A stretch of DNA of 64,000 bases. Source: Nitrospirota bacterium (GTDB lineage Bacteria; Nitrospirota; Nitrospiria; Nitrospirales; Nitrospiraceae). Location: NCBI GenBank assembly GCA_963701855.1, contig CAVPBK010000006.1, positions 1,376,001-1,440,000 on the forward strand, given 5' to 3'. Position numbers and translations under genes: made by a program. The notes under the pieces are model-generated. The model saw nothing but the letters and a program-made list of their open reading frames with translations. It had not been told where the DNA came from and did no database searches. Shown here piece after piece: positions 21,721 to 30,390 of this stretch (position 1 is the stretch's first letter; every line of letters starts with the position of its first letter).

Positions 21721-22524
21721 ATGCGTATTTTGGTCACGAATGATGATGGGATTCACTCGCCTGGGTTGACGGCGCTCGCCAAGGCTTTGTCGAGAGTGGG
21801 AGAAGTGTGGGTGGTCGCGCCGGATCGTGAGCGGACCGCGGTGGCGCATGCCGTGACGCTTCATAAACCGCTGCGAGTGCATCAGGTCGGAACACAGGTC
21901 TACGCGGTTAACGGAACGCCGGTCGATTGTGTGAATCTTGCCGTGCTGAAGCTTCTGCCTGCGCCGCCTGATCTCCTCGTGTCAGGAATCAATAAAGGCG
22001 TGAACCTCGGCGACGACGTGTTGTATTCCGGAACGGTCTCGGCAGCGATGGAAGGGACGATCCTCGGTGTCCCCTCTATGGCTGTGTCGCAAGAGGGGCA
22101 GAAGCATTTTTATTTTGACGCAGGGGCTCGGTATGCCGTTCGAATTGCTCGCTTGATTCTGAAAGAAGGTTTGCCGGACGAAACGCTCGTGAATTTGAAT
22201 ATTCCGAACCGGCCGTTCGGGTCTATCACCGGAGTTCGAGTCACCTGTCTCAGCCGCAGGCGTTTCGACAATCCAATCATTGAAAAGGTCGATCCGCATG
22301 GCCGGACCTACTATTGGATTGCCGGGACTCGTATCTCGTGGAGCCGAAGCAAGGATGCCGACCATGAAGCGCTTGAGGAAGGGGCGGTTTCGCTGACCCC
22401 CATTCATCTCGATACGACGAATCATGGGGCATTAGATCGTTTCCGGAAATGGGAAACGGTACGTCGACCCATCGCACGTCGGGCGGCTGGGTCGTCGAAA
22501 CCAAAGGGCAAACAGCGGAGTTAG
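21721..22524 (+). CDS. surE: 5'/3'-nucleotidase SurE
   Basis: ILVTNDDG, GTPVDCV, SGINKGVN, YSGTVSAA. Confidence 0.97.
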   Translation: MRILVTNDDGIHSPGLTALAKALSRVGEVWVVAPDRERTAVAHAVTLHKPLRVHQVGTQVYAVNGTPVDCVNLAVLKLLPAPPDLLVSGINKGVNLGDDVLYSGTVSAAMEGTILGVPSMAVSQEGQKHFYFDAGARYAVRIARLILKEGLPDETLVNLNIPNRPFGSITGVRVTCLSRRRFDNPIIEKVDPHGRTYYWIAGTRISWSRSKDADHEALEEGAVSLTPIHLDTTNHGALDRFRKWETVRRPIARRAAGSSKPKGKQRS

Positions 22525-22530
22525 CGTGCT

Positions 22531-23169
22531 GTGGGAAATCTGATCGAAGCAATTATCACAGAGCTTAGCCGGTTTGTTGTGTCGACGATCTCGACATTCG
22601 GCTACACCGGTATTTTTATCACCATGGCCATTGAGAGCGCCTGCATTCCCCTACCCAGCGAAATCATCATGCCCTTTTCCGGGTATCTTGTGACGACGGG
22701 ACAGTTCACGATGCTGGGCGTGACATTGGCCGGCGCTCTCGGGAACGTCGCTGGGTCGGTTGTAGCCTACTACGCCGGCGTGTGGGGAGGCCGGCCTTTC
22801 GTCGAGCGATACGGACCCTATGTGCTGGTGTCGAGAAAAGACATCGAGATGGCGGATCGATGGTTCGCGAAATATGGCGATGCAGCGGTATTTTTCAGCC
22901 GGATGCTTCCGGTTGTCCGGACCTTCATCTCGTTGCCGGCCGGCATCGCCAGAGTGAATATTTATCGGTTTATGCTCTACACGTTTCTCGGGGCATTGCC
23001 ATGGTGCTATCTTCTGGCCTACATCGGCGTGAAAATGGGAGAGCAGTGGGAGCATCTGAGAGACTATTTCCATCAGTTCGATATCGTGATCGGCATCTGC
23101 CTAGCGCTTGCCGTGGGGTATTTTCTCTGGTCCCATTGGCCGAAGCGCCGCATTTCTCCGGAGTTGTAA
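22531..23169 (+). CDS. DedA family membrane protein
   Basis: ESACIPLPSE, RMLPVVRTFISLPAG. Confidence 0.93.
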   Translation: MGNLIEAIITELSRFVVSTISTFGYTGIFITMAIESACIPLPSEIIMPFSGYLVTTGQFTMLGVTLAGALGNVAGSVVAYYAGVWGGRPFVERYGPYVLVSRKDIEMADRWFAKYGDAAVFFSRMLPVVRTFISLPAGIARVNIYRFMLYTFLGALPWCYLLAYIGVKMGEQWEHLRDYFHQFDIVIGICLALAVGYFLWSHWPKRRISPEL

Positions 23170-23176
23170 CTCACCC

Positions 23177-24610
23177 ATGCTCTCGATCTACAACACGCTC
23201 ACAGGGAAAAAGGAGCCATTCCACCCGCTCCAGCCAAAGACCGTTCGGATGTATGTCTGCGGTGTGACCGTCTACGACTACTGCCATATCGGTCATGCGC
23301 GTAGTGCGCTTGTGTTCGATGTGATCCGACGCTATCTGGAATTCAGCGACTATAAGGTTGAATTTGTGAAGAACTTCACCGACGTGGATGACAAGATCAT
23401 CAAGCGGGCGAATGAGCAGGGCGTCAGCTGTGACACGATCACCGCGAAGTATATCCAAGCCTACTTCGAAGATATGGGGAGACTGGGCATTCGCCAAGCT
23501 TCCATTGAGCCCAAGGCCACAGAACACATGACCGACATCATTCGTTTGACCGAGACCTTGGTGAAGAAGGGATTGGCCTATCAAGTCGATGGAGACGTGT
23601 ATTTTGAAGTGGCCAAGTATTCTGCCTATGGCCGTCTCGCAAAGCGGCGATTGGACGACATGCAGGCCGGCGCACGCGTGGATGTGGATGAACGAAAACG
23701 CCATCCAATGGATTTCGCACTCTGGAAGAGCAGCAAGCCTGGCGAGCCGTCATGGGAGAGCCCCTGGGGTCCTGGCCGTCCGGGCTGGCACATCGAATGT
23801 TCCGCCATGGCGATGCGCCATTTGGGTGAGACCTTCGATATTCACGGCGGAGGGATGGACCTGATTTTCCCGCACCATGAAAATGAAATCGCGCAGTCAT
23901 GTGGGGCGACCGGCAAAGAGTTTGCGCGCTACTGGGTCCACAACGGCTTTGTGCAGATCAACCAGGAGAAGATGTCCAAGTCCCTGGGGAACTTCTTCAC
24001 AATTCGCGAGATCTTTGAGAAATCAAAATGGGCTGAAGCGGAAACCGGAGAGACGTTGCGGTATTTCCTGCTCGGGACCCATTACCGTGGTCCATTGGAA
24101 TTTTCCGATCGGAGCCTGCAAGAGGCCAAGAACGCAGTGGATGGATTCTATGACTTGTTCATGCGACTGCGTGAGCCCAATACGAATTCCACGGCGGATA
24201 AGGAACTGGCAGGGATGATCGAGCAATGCCGGTCGGCATTTCGGGATGCGATGGAGGAAGATTTTAATACGCCCGTGGCAATCGCAGAGTTGCAAAGACT
24301 GAGAACTGATGTGAACAAGCTGCTGGTACAAGGTCTTTCGACTGAGGCGCGACTGAGTGCCAGGGAGGAATTTCGGTCTCTAGGAAACGTGCTGGGCTTG
24401 TTTAGCTTGGACAAATGGCACTACACCCTCAAGGCTGAGACAGGTAGCTATCAACTTTCAGATGTGGATATAGACCGTAAGGTTGCGGAACGCAATGAAG
24501 CCAGAAAACAGAAAGACTTCACGAAGGCCGACGAGATTCGTCAGTCCCTCGCGGCCCACGGCATCGTCATCGAGGACAAGCCCGATGGCACCAGCCGGTG
24601 GAAGCGATAG
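23177..24610 (+). CDS. cysS: Cysteine--tRNA ligase
   Basis: CGVTVY, HIGH, GRPGWHIECS, KMSKS. Confidence 0.98.
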   Translation: MLSIYNTLTGKKEPFHPLQPKTVRMYVCGVTVYDYCHIGHARSALVFDVIRRYLEFSDYKVEFVKNFTDVDDKIIKRANEQGVSCDTITAKYIQAYFEDMGRLGIRQASIEPKATEHMTDIIRLTETLVKKGLAYQVDGDVYFEVAKYSAYGRLAKRRLDDMQAGARVDVDERKRHPMDFALWKSSKPGEPSWESPWGPGRPGWHIECSAMAMRHLGETFDIHGGGMDLIFPHHENEIAQSCGATGKEFARYWVHNGFVQINQEKMSKSLGNFFTIREIFEKSKWAEAETGETLRYFLLGTHYRGPLEFSDRSLQEAKNAVDGFYDLFMRLREPNTNSTADKELAGMIEQCRSAFRDAMEEDFNTPVAIAELQRLRTDVNKLLVQGLSTEARLSAREEFRSLGNVLGLFSLDKWHYTLKAETGSYQLSDVDIDRKVAERNEARKQKDFTKADEIRQSLAAHGIVIEDKPDGTSRWKR

Positions 24611-25370
24611 TCCCCCGGAGCTGATTTACGGGCTGCATGCTGTGCGCGAAGCCTTGCGAGCCAGTACGCGTCCGCTTCAGCGGCTGCTCATGCTGCGAAC
24701 CGATCGACAATTTGCTGATCTCGTCCAGCTGGCGAAGGCGCAGCGAGTCCCAGTTCACATCGAGCCTCCGTTTGCCTTCAATCGCTTGGTGCCGGGAGGA
24801 CATCACCAGGGCGTGATCGCGCTCATCGCCTCGAAATCCTACGATACGACGGAGCAGATTTTCGAGCGGGCGAAGACCAGAGGTGAGAAGCCGTTTCTCG
24901 TACTCCTTGATGGGGTCGAAGATCCGCACAACTTGGGAGCGGTCTTGCGGACGGCCGAAGCGGCGGGTGTCCATGGGGTATTTATCCCGGAACGCCGCGC
25001 AGTCGGCCTGACATCGGTGGTGGCGAAAGTCTCAGCCGGAGCGCTCGATCATATCTCCGTCGGGCGCGTGGGCAATCTGATTCGTCTGATTCAGGATCTC
25101 AAAGAGGCAGGCCTGTGGATCTACGGCGTGGACCCACAGGCGGCGAAACTCTATACCGACATCGATATGACTGGTCCGATTGCGCTGGTGCTTGGAGGAG
25201 AAGGGGAAGGCCTTCGCCCTGGTGTGTTGAAGGAGTGCGACGACCGCATCAGGATTCCAATGCAGGGCCGTATACAGTCGCTGAATGTCTCAGCTGCAGC
25301 AGCCGTTACGTTGTTCGAAGCGGTTCGCCAGCGTCGCAGGAATGTCGTGCCGCCGCCTAGCGAATCTTGA
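24585..25370 (+). CDS. rlmB: 23S rRNA Gm2251 methyltransferase (TrmH/SPOUT family)
   Basis: YGLHAV, HQG, DPHNLGA..R, GGEG.G, IPM.G.IQSLNVS. Confidence 0.93.
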   Translation: MAPAGGSDSPPELIYGLHAVREALRASTRPLQRLLMLRTDRQFADLVQLAKAQRVPVHIEPPFAFNRLVPGGHHQGVIALIASKSYDTTEQIFERAKTRGEKPFLVLLDGVEDPHNLGAVLRTAEAAGVHGVFIPERRAVGLTSVVAKVSAGALDHISVGRVGNLIRLIQDLKEAGLWIYGVDPQAAKLYTDIDMTGPIALVLGGEGEGLRPGVLKECDDRIRIPMQGRIQSLNVSAAAAVTLFEAVRQRRRNVVPPPSES

Positions 25371-25632
25371 TCGTCCCGTCTTGGATCGCGGTTTTGAGCA
25401 GCTGAGCCGTGTTCGACACGCGCATCTTTTTCATCATGTTGGCCCGATGCGCCTCGACGGTCTTGACGCTGATCTTGAGTCGTTGACCGATTTCCTTGTT
25501 TTTGAACCCGGCCCAAATCAGTTCGAGAATTTCTTTCTCCCGGCTGGTGAGCGATTCAGGGCGCTTCTTGCGGGGTGGCGGGGTCAGATCGGCCAGGGAA
25601 GGTTTATTTTTCGTCTTCGCAGTCCGTGCCAT
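25357..25632 (-). CDS. Stand-alone LuxR-type HTH regulator
   Basis: LTSREKEIL, G.KNKEIG..L.IS.KTVEAHRANMMKK; no receiver domain; RBS AGGAGA. Confidence 0.9.
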   Translation of the reverse strand: MARTAKTKNKPSLADLTPPPRKKRPESLTSREKEILELIWAGFKNKEIGQRLKISVKTVEAHRANMMKKMRVSNTAQLLKTAIQDGTIKIR

Positions 25633-25850
25633 TATCATGTTCTCCTTTAACGAATAAAATAGTACGGTATAATTCACCGTGACGGAGATACGCCCAGAAC
25701 AAACCCTCGCCAAGAAGTCGGCGATTATAAGAACTTTCTTGCTATAAGTAAACTGTGAAAAATCGGCTCCAGTGAAGTTACCTAATTTATTTCATTTGGC
25801 ATGTAGAGCGACTCGGGTGTTCCGAGCCGCAGTCTGCTTCTGAGTCGATT

Positions 25851-26633
25851 ATGCATGAATGGTCTCTCTATCTTGTAGCCGGGATCCTAGGCGCGTTGAT
25901 CGGCAGTTTTCTCAACGTCTGCATCTTCAGACTGCCCCGAGGTGAATCGATCGTCTGGCCCGGCTCCCATTGTCCCTCGTGCACCCACGCTATCGAGTTC
26001 TACGACAATATTCCTCTGTTGAGCTATCTGTGGCTTGGTGGACGCTGCCGGGCATGCCGCACGCCAATTTCGATACGCTACCCCCTCGTCGAAGTCACCA
26101 ACGCCCTCGGTTATCTCACCATCTTATGGTACTTTGGCCCAACTTGGACGACTGCTCTCTATGCCCTGTTGTTTTCGGCGTTGGTTGTGGTGACGGGAAC
26201 AGATCTCACCCATAAGATGATCCCCAATGTCATTACACTCCCAGGAATGGTGGTCGGACTTCTGGGCGCAGTGACCGTGTTGCCGGTGGGTGTGATCAAT
26301 TCTGTGGTCGGTCTCACCGTGGGAGGCGGCATCCTCTGGTTCCTGGCTTGGCTGAGCCCCTATCTTTTCGGTAAAGAGGGAATGGGCGGTGGCGACATCA
26401 AGTTATTGGCGATGATCGGTGCGTTTCTTGGCTGGAAGCCGGCACTCCTCACCATCATGATCGGCTCGCTCACTGGTTCTATCATCGGCATCAGTTTGAT
26501 CGCCCTGCATATCACCAAGCGTGACGATTATATCCCCTTTGGCCCCTTCCTTGTGTTGGGAGCGCTCCTCTCCCTATTTTTCGCCCAACCGCTCCTCGAC
26601 TGGTATCAAGGATTTCTTGGCCCTACCTTCTAG
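25851..26633 (+). CDS. pilD: Prepilin peptidase / N-methyltransferase
   Basis: GSFLNVCI.RLP, CPSC and CRAC zinc motifs, MGGGDIKL, IPFGPFL. Confidence 0.96.
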   Translation: MHEWSLYLVAGILGALIGSFLNVCIFRLPRGESIVWPGSHCPSCTHAIEFYDNIPLLSYLWLGGRCRACRTPISIRYPLVEVTNALGYLTILWYFGPTWTTALYALLFSALVVVTGTDLTHKMIPNVITLPGMVVGLLGAVTVLPVGVINSVVGLTVGGGILWFLAWLSPYLFGKEGMGGGDIKLLAMIGAFLGWKPALLTIMIGSLTGSIIGISLIALHITKRDDYIPFGPFLVLGALLSLFFAQPLLDWYQGFLGPTF

Positions 26634-26894
26634 CGTTCCCCTGTATCTCTTCGGGCAAATCCCTGTATCTAAATAGTGAGGTGCTTTTCTAGTTTTCCTC
26701 TGCTTTCTTGGCCAGTTCATAGGTCGGTCCTCTTCCATGTTTCCTCGTGACAACGCGAAACCGTGTGAACTTGCAAAGTATTCTGCTTCCGTTCCTCACC
26801 AATCATTCAGTTCTCTGGCCGTGGACCAGCGTGGGCACGGGTCTTGGAGACCGCGTTCATCATCGTGAGGTGAACTCTTCTGCGAGAGTGGAGC

Positions 26895-27344
26895 ATGCCG
26901 AGAGAATCACAACTACAGGAACAAGGCTGGAGCTTGACAGAACTTCTCGTCGTACTGGCGATCATGGGCATCATGGCGGCATTGGCCGTGCCGAGTTATC
27001 AGACATTGGCAGCAAGAGTGCAGGCGCGGAGCGCCACTGCAGAGATTGCTTCGGAGATCCGGTTCGCCAGACAACTGGCGATGGCCAGGCGAGAGCGCCT
27101 TCGGGTCATATTCGACCGAGAGGGCCGTACGATTACGCTTCGACGTGCAGATGCCGAGGGCATCCTGCACGTTTATCAGTATGGGGAAAAGGGGGTGCTC
27201 GTCGAGGAGCCAACCGCCGGCCCTGAACTGTTGTTTCATCCCAGTGGCCGGTCGGTGACCCCGACAACCATTCGCGTCCGCGACAGTCAGGGTGGAGAAA
27301 CCACGTTTACTGTAAACATCACCGGAAGAGTGTCCGTCTCATGA
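26895..27344 (+). CDS. FimT/GspH-like minor pilin (set 1)
   Basis: Class III signal QG|WSLTEL, hydrophobic helix, AR..A motif, C-terminal V..TGRV. Confidence 0.85.
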   Translation: MPRESQLQEQGWSLTELLVVLAIMGIMAALAVPSYQTLAARVQARSATAEIASEIRFARQLAMARRERLRVIFDREGRTITLRRADAEGILHVYQYGEKGVLVEEPTAGPELLFHPSGRSVTPTTIRVRDSQGGETTFTVNITGRVSVS

Positions 27345-27832
27345 AGCGGGATCGATTATTTCATGCAGAGGGCGGAGCCAGTTTTTCCGAAGTGCTGGTG
27401 GCTATGACGCTGACAATGATCGGACTGGTCGGTGCTATGGGGGCGTTTCAGGCGGCAGAGCGAAGTTTTCGAACAGGAGCGTTGGCGACGCGTGCCCAGG
27501 CAATGGCGGAATCACGGATTGAAGCGAAGCGATCTGTGAGATGGGATCGTCTCTTGTTGGACGATCTGAATTACGATGGTGTCCCGGACCTTGTCATGCA
27601 TGACGATGGAGCAGGCGGCGATGTGCTGGCAGGTGATGGGGTGTACTCCGGTAGATTGGACCAGGATGGCGTCCAGTTGATCTGGACGGTGACGCCGAGC
27701 CGTTCCGGTTCGCTGTCGGCTTCAGGGCATGTCTTAATTGAAGCTCGTGCAGTCTATGCTGCCGGTGAGGGTCAGCGTGAAGTACGGATCGGCACACTAC
27801 GGGCCAATCCAGTATTCGTTGGGAGCCGGTAA
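27341..27832 (+). CDS. PilV-like minor pilin (set 1) with acidic DDG..GD..AGDG insert
   Basis: GG|ASFSEVLVA; MHDDGAGGDVLAGDGVYS. Confidence 0.7.
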   Translation: MKRDRLFHAEGGASFSEVLVAMTLTMIGLVGAMGAFQAAERSFRTGALATRAQAMAESRIEAKRSVRWDRLLLDDLNYDGVPDLVMHDDGAGGDVLAGDGVYSGRLDQDGVQLIWTVTPSRSGSLSASGHVLIEARAVYAAGEGQREVRIGTLRANPVFVGSR

Positions 27833-27857
27833 CGTGTCGTCACTCGGAGTAGACAGG

Positions 27858-28598
27858 ATGGGGACAGGACGGCATACAAGAGACACATACCATGGAATAG
27901 GGATGGAGGCAGGGACCAGTCTGACTGAGCTGATGTTTGCCATAGCGGTTGGGCTGGTCGTCTTGGGCGCCACGCTTCAGGCCTTGTCCTATTTCCAGCA
28001 ACAGTTTATGAGGCAACAACGTGAGGTTGCGCAACAACAAGATCTTCGCCTTGGATTAGAAGTTCTTGAGCAGGAATTGAGGCTCGCAGGGTCCGGCTCT
28101 CTCACCACGATGGCTTCAGACTCAGTGGAGTTTTCGGCGAATCTGCACGGCCTCTCGACAACGGTCACGGCAGCGGCGGCGATCGGCCAAACGGCTCTGT
28201 TGGTCGAAGATGGGCGAGGGTGGGAGGACCGGAAGACTATTGTGGTCTGTTGGGCCGAGCGATGCGAGACGCTGGCTCTGGCTCGTGATGGACAGCGACG
28301 GCTGCTTACGGTGACGCAGCCGCTGACAGGAGCGATCCCATCAGGAGCTTCTGTCTCCCTCATGAATCATGTCCGTTACTATAGCGGTCGCGATGATCAG
28401 GGTGTTCTGAGGTTACTGCGGAAGGTTGATGGCGGAGCAAGTGTCTTGGTCGGAGATATCAGAGAAGCACGGTTCTCCTACTGGGATGAAAACGGGCAGG
28501 CCGTGACACAGTCGGCGCTCGTCAAACGGGTCGTCGTTGAAGTGATGATACTCGACCGAGGGATTCGTGCGGTTCGAGAAATTAGCTTCCGGACATAG
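27858..28598 (+). CDS. PilW-like minor pilin (set 1)
   Basis: AG|TSLTELM; QQDLRLGLEVLEQELRLAG; start uncertain. Confidence 0.75.
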   Translation: MGTGRHTRDTYHGIGMEAGTSLTELMFAIAVGLVVLGATLQALSYFQQQFMRQQREVAQQQDLRLGLEVLEQELRLAGSGSLTTMASDSVEFSANLHGLSTTVTAAAAIGQTALLVEDGRGWEDRKTIVVCWAERCETLALARDGQRRLLTVTQPLTGAIPSGASVSLMNHVRYYSGRDDQGVLRLLRKVDGGASVLVGDIREARFSYWDENGQAVTQSALVKRVVVEVMILDRGIRAVREISFRT

Positions 28599-28632
28599 CG
28601 GCGGCGCCACCAATAAACATGGGAGTGAGGAT

Positions 28633-30119
28633 ATGGAGATGGGGAAGCGGCGCGCATCAGAACTCATGAATCTTTGCGACGAGGGGCATGTGCTTCTCGC
28701 GTCGCTCATGCTGATCTTTCTGCTTGGGGTCGCCGGCATGACGTCTCTTTATCTGGCCAGTCAGGATGGACCGGGCGTCAGCGCCATGAAAGAGGACAAC
28801 GTCGCGCAACAGTTGGCCGACGGTGCGGCGGATGTCGTGATGAGTTGGTTTCACGATCCGAGTGTCACCCCGACATCCCTTGCTGGATTGCTCATGAAAC
28901 GCCAGGGAGATTTCACCAGCGGGCCGTCGTTTTTCGACGCAGCTGGGCGTTCGCAGTTTGTTGGGACCGCTGACCATCCCGACATCCTCCTTGATGCAGC
29001 GAACCAAGCGGACAATCAGATGCTCAATGATTCCCCAAGCGGCTTCTCCCGTGCGCTGGGAGGACTTGGCCGAATTCTTAAGTTGAAAGTGTATGGTCCT
29101 CTGCAGCCAGGCTTGCTAAGCACGGTTGAGGTTACGGCCACGACGGTTGATCACCGCCGGTCACAAGAACGGTTCAGCTCCAGCTCGGGGCTCTGTCGAT
29201 TCCCGCGGTTCGCTCGGCGGTGCAAATTGTACAGACTCTTGGCGCCATGCAGCCAGGCGGTGAATCTCCCGTCATGGTCCATTGGGGTGATCAACGAGTA
29301 TTGGGCGATCTTGCGGTGCAGCGAGTCGAGGATCTGGTCCTTAAGAGCAGCGCGGCCCCAGTTACCGGTCAGTCGTATGACCAGATGTTGTATGCGCAAG
29401 ATCGCTGGGCTGAGTACTGGATTGGAGGTATTGTCTCAGTCATCGCACCTCCGCCAGGGCAAGGAGCCAATCTTCCGCTTTATGAAAATGTTCACCAGCA
29501 ACAATATCCGACGCCTGGGGTGAGGCTCGATCAGTGGGACTACGACTCGCTCAAGAAGATCGCGCTGCGTTGGGGGATCTATTATCGACTCGATCGTATG
29601 GGGCAGCTCCATCCACAAGGAGCCACGGATTCTGATCAGGGAATCATGCCCGCAGATGCGTTGGAATCTCACACCATCGGAGATCATCGTGGACTGGTCT
29701 TCATCGACACAGTCGATGGGCAATTACCGCGTATAGACAATATGGGAACGCTGGTGCTGGATACGGACTATTTTGAAGGTCTGCTGGTCGTTCAGGGTCA
29801 TGTGGTATGCAGGCCTCGCGCAGCAGGGAAATCTGTCCCAGCTCTCAGTCCATCTCAACCGGGGACAGAATCGCTAGGGGCAAGGGTACCAGTGCAATTG
29901 TCGGGCATCCACGTCAACGGTCTGTTGTATGCGGCTGGTGCGATCAGGATGGAACGATCTACTCGTCTGTACGGTGCGATGATGGCAGGACAGAGTGTGA
30001 CGTCGATCGGAGCTGGTACTGTGATCGAGGTCTGGTACAACGCCGATTTGGCGCAGGGACTGTTTCGAGGGGTTCCGGTTGTGTATCGGGCGCCGGGAAC
30101 CTGGCTGGCGAAGTACTAG
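28633..30119 (+). pseudogene. Large PilX-like protein interrupted by one frameshift near 29155 (mutation or sequencing error)
   Basis: EG|HVLLASL...LGVAG PilX-type N-terminus; frames 28567-29523 and 29220-30119 join as ...TVDHR(P)VTRTVQLQLG if one base is restored. Confidence 0.75.
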
Positions 30120-30121
30120 CC

Positions 30122-30280
30122 GGATGCTGGAAAGCCCGCCAGCATCGTTCTCGCATCGCTCAGAGGCTCAATTAGAGTTTTTCCGAGGCCGGAAAGCACT
30201 GGATGGGCCTATCCGTTTGCCAAGAGCCATTCTAGGGGCGAACTCGCTGCGGCCTTGCTGGGCGGTCTTCTTGAGCATCC
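30122..30280. repeat. MITE-like intergenic repeat with terminal inverted repeats
   Basis: GGATGCT...AGCATCC ends; internal CGCCAGCATCGTTCTCGCATCGCTCAGAGGCTCAA and CTCGCTGCGGCCTTGCTGG; partial copy at 61763. Confidence 0.7.
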
Positions 30281-30390
30281 AGCCGGTGTGCACCTGTTAC
30301 TCCAAACGTACCGAAAAATGAAGTTTCGGTATCCCCACAGAGCTTTTCCATAGCCTGCCAGCGGGAAGGCGAGCGTGAAAGGTTTTGTGC

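Noticed and set aside
24415..24470. Lower-GC segment in cysS as a foreign insertion
   Set aside because: Short, in frame, and located in the naturally variable linker before the C-terminal helices
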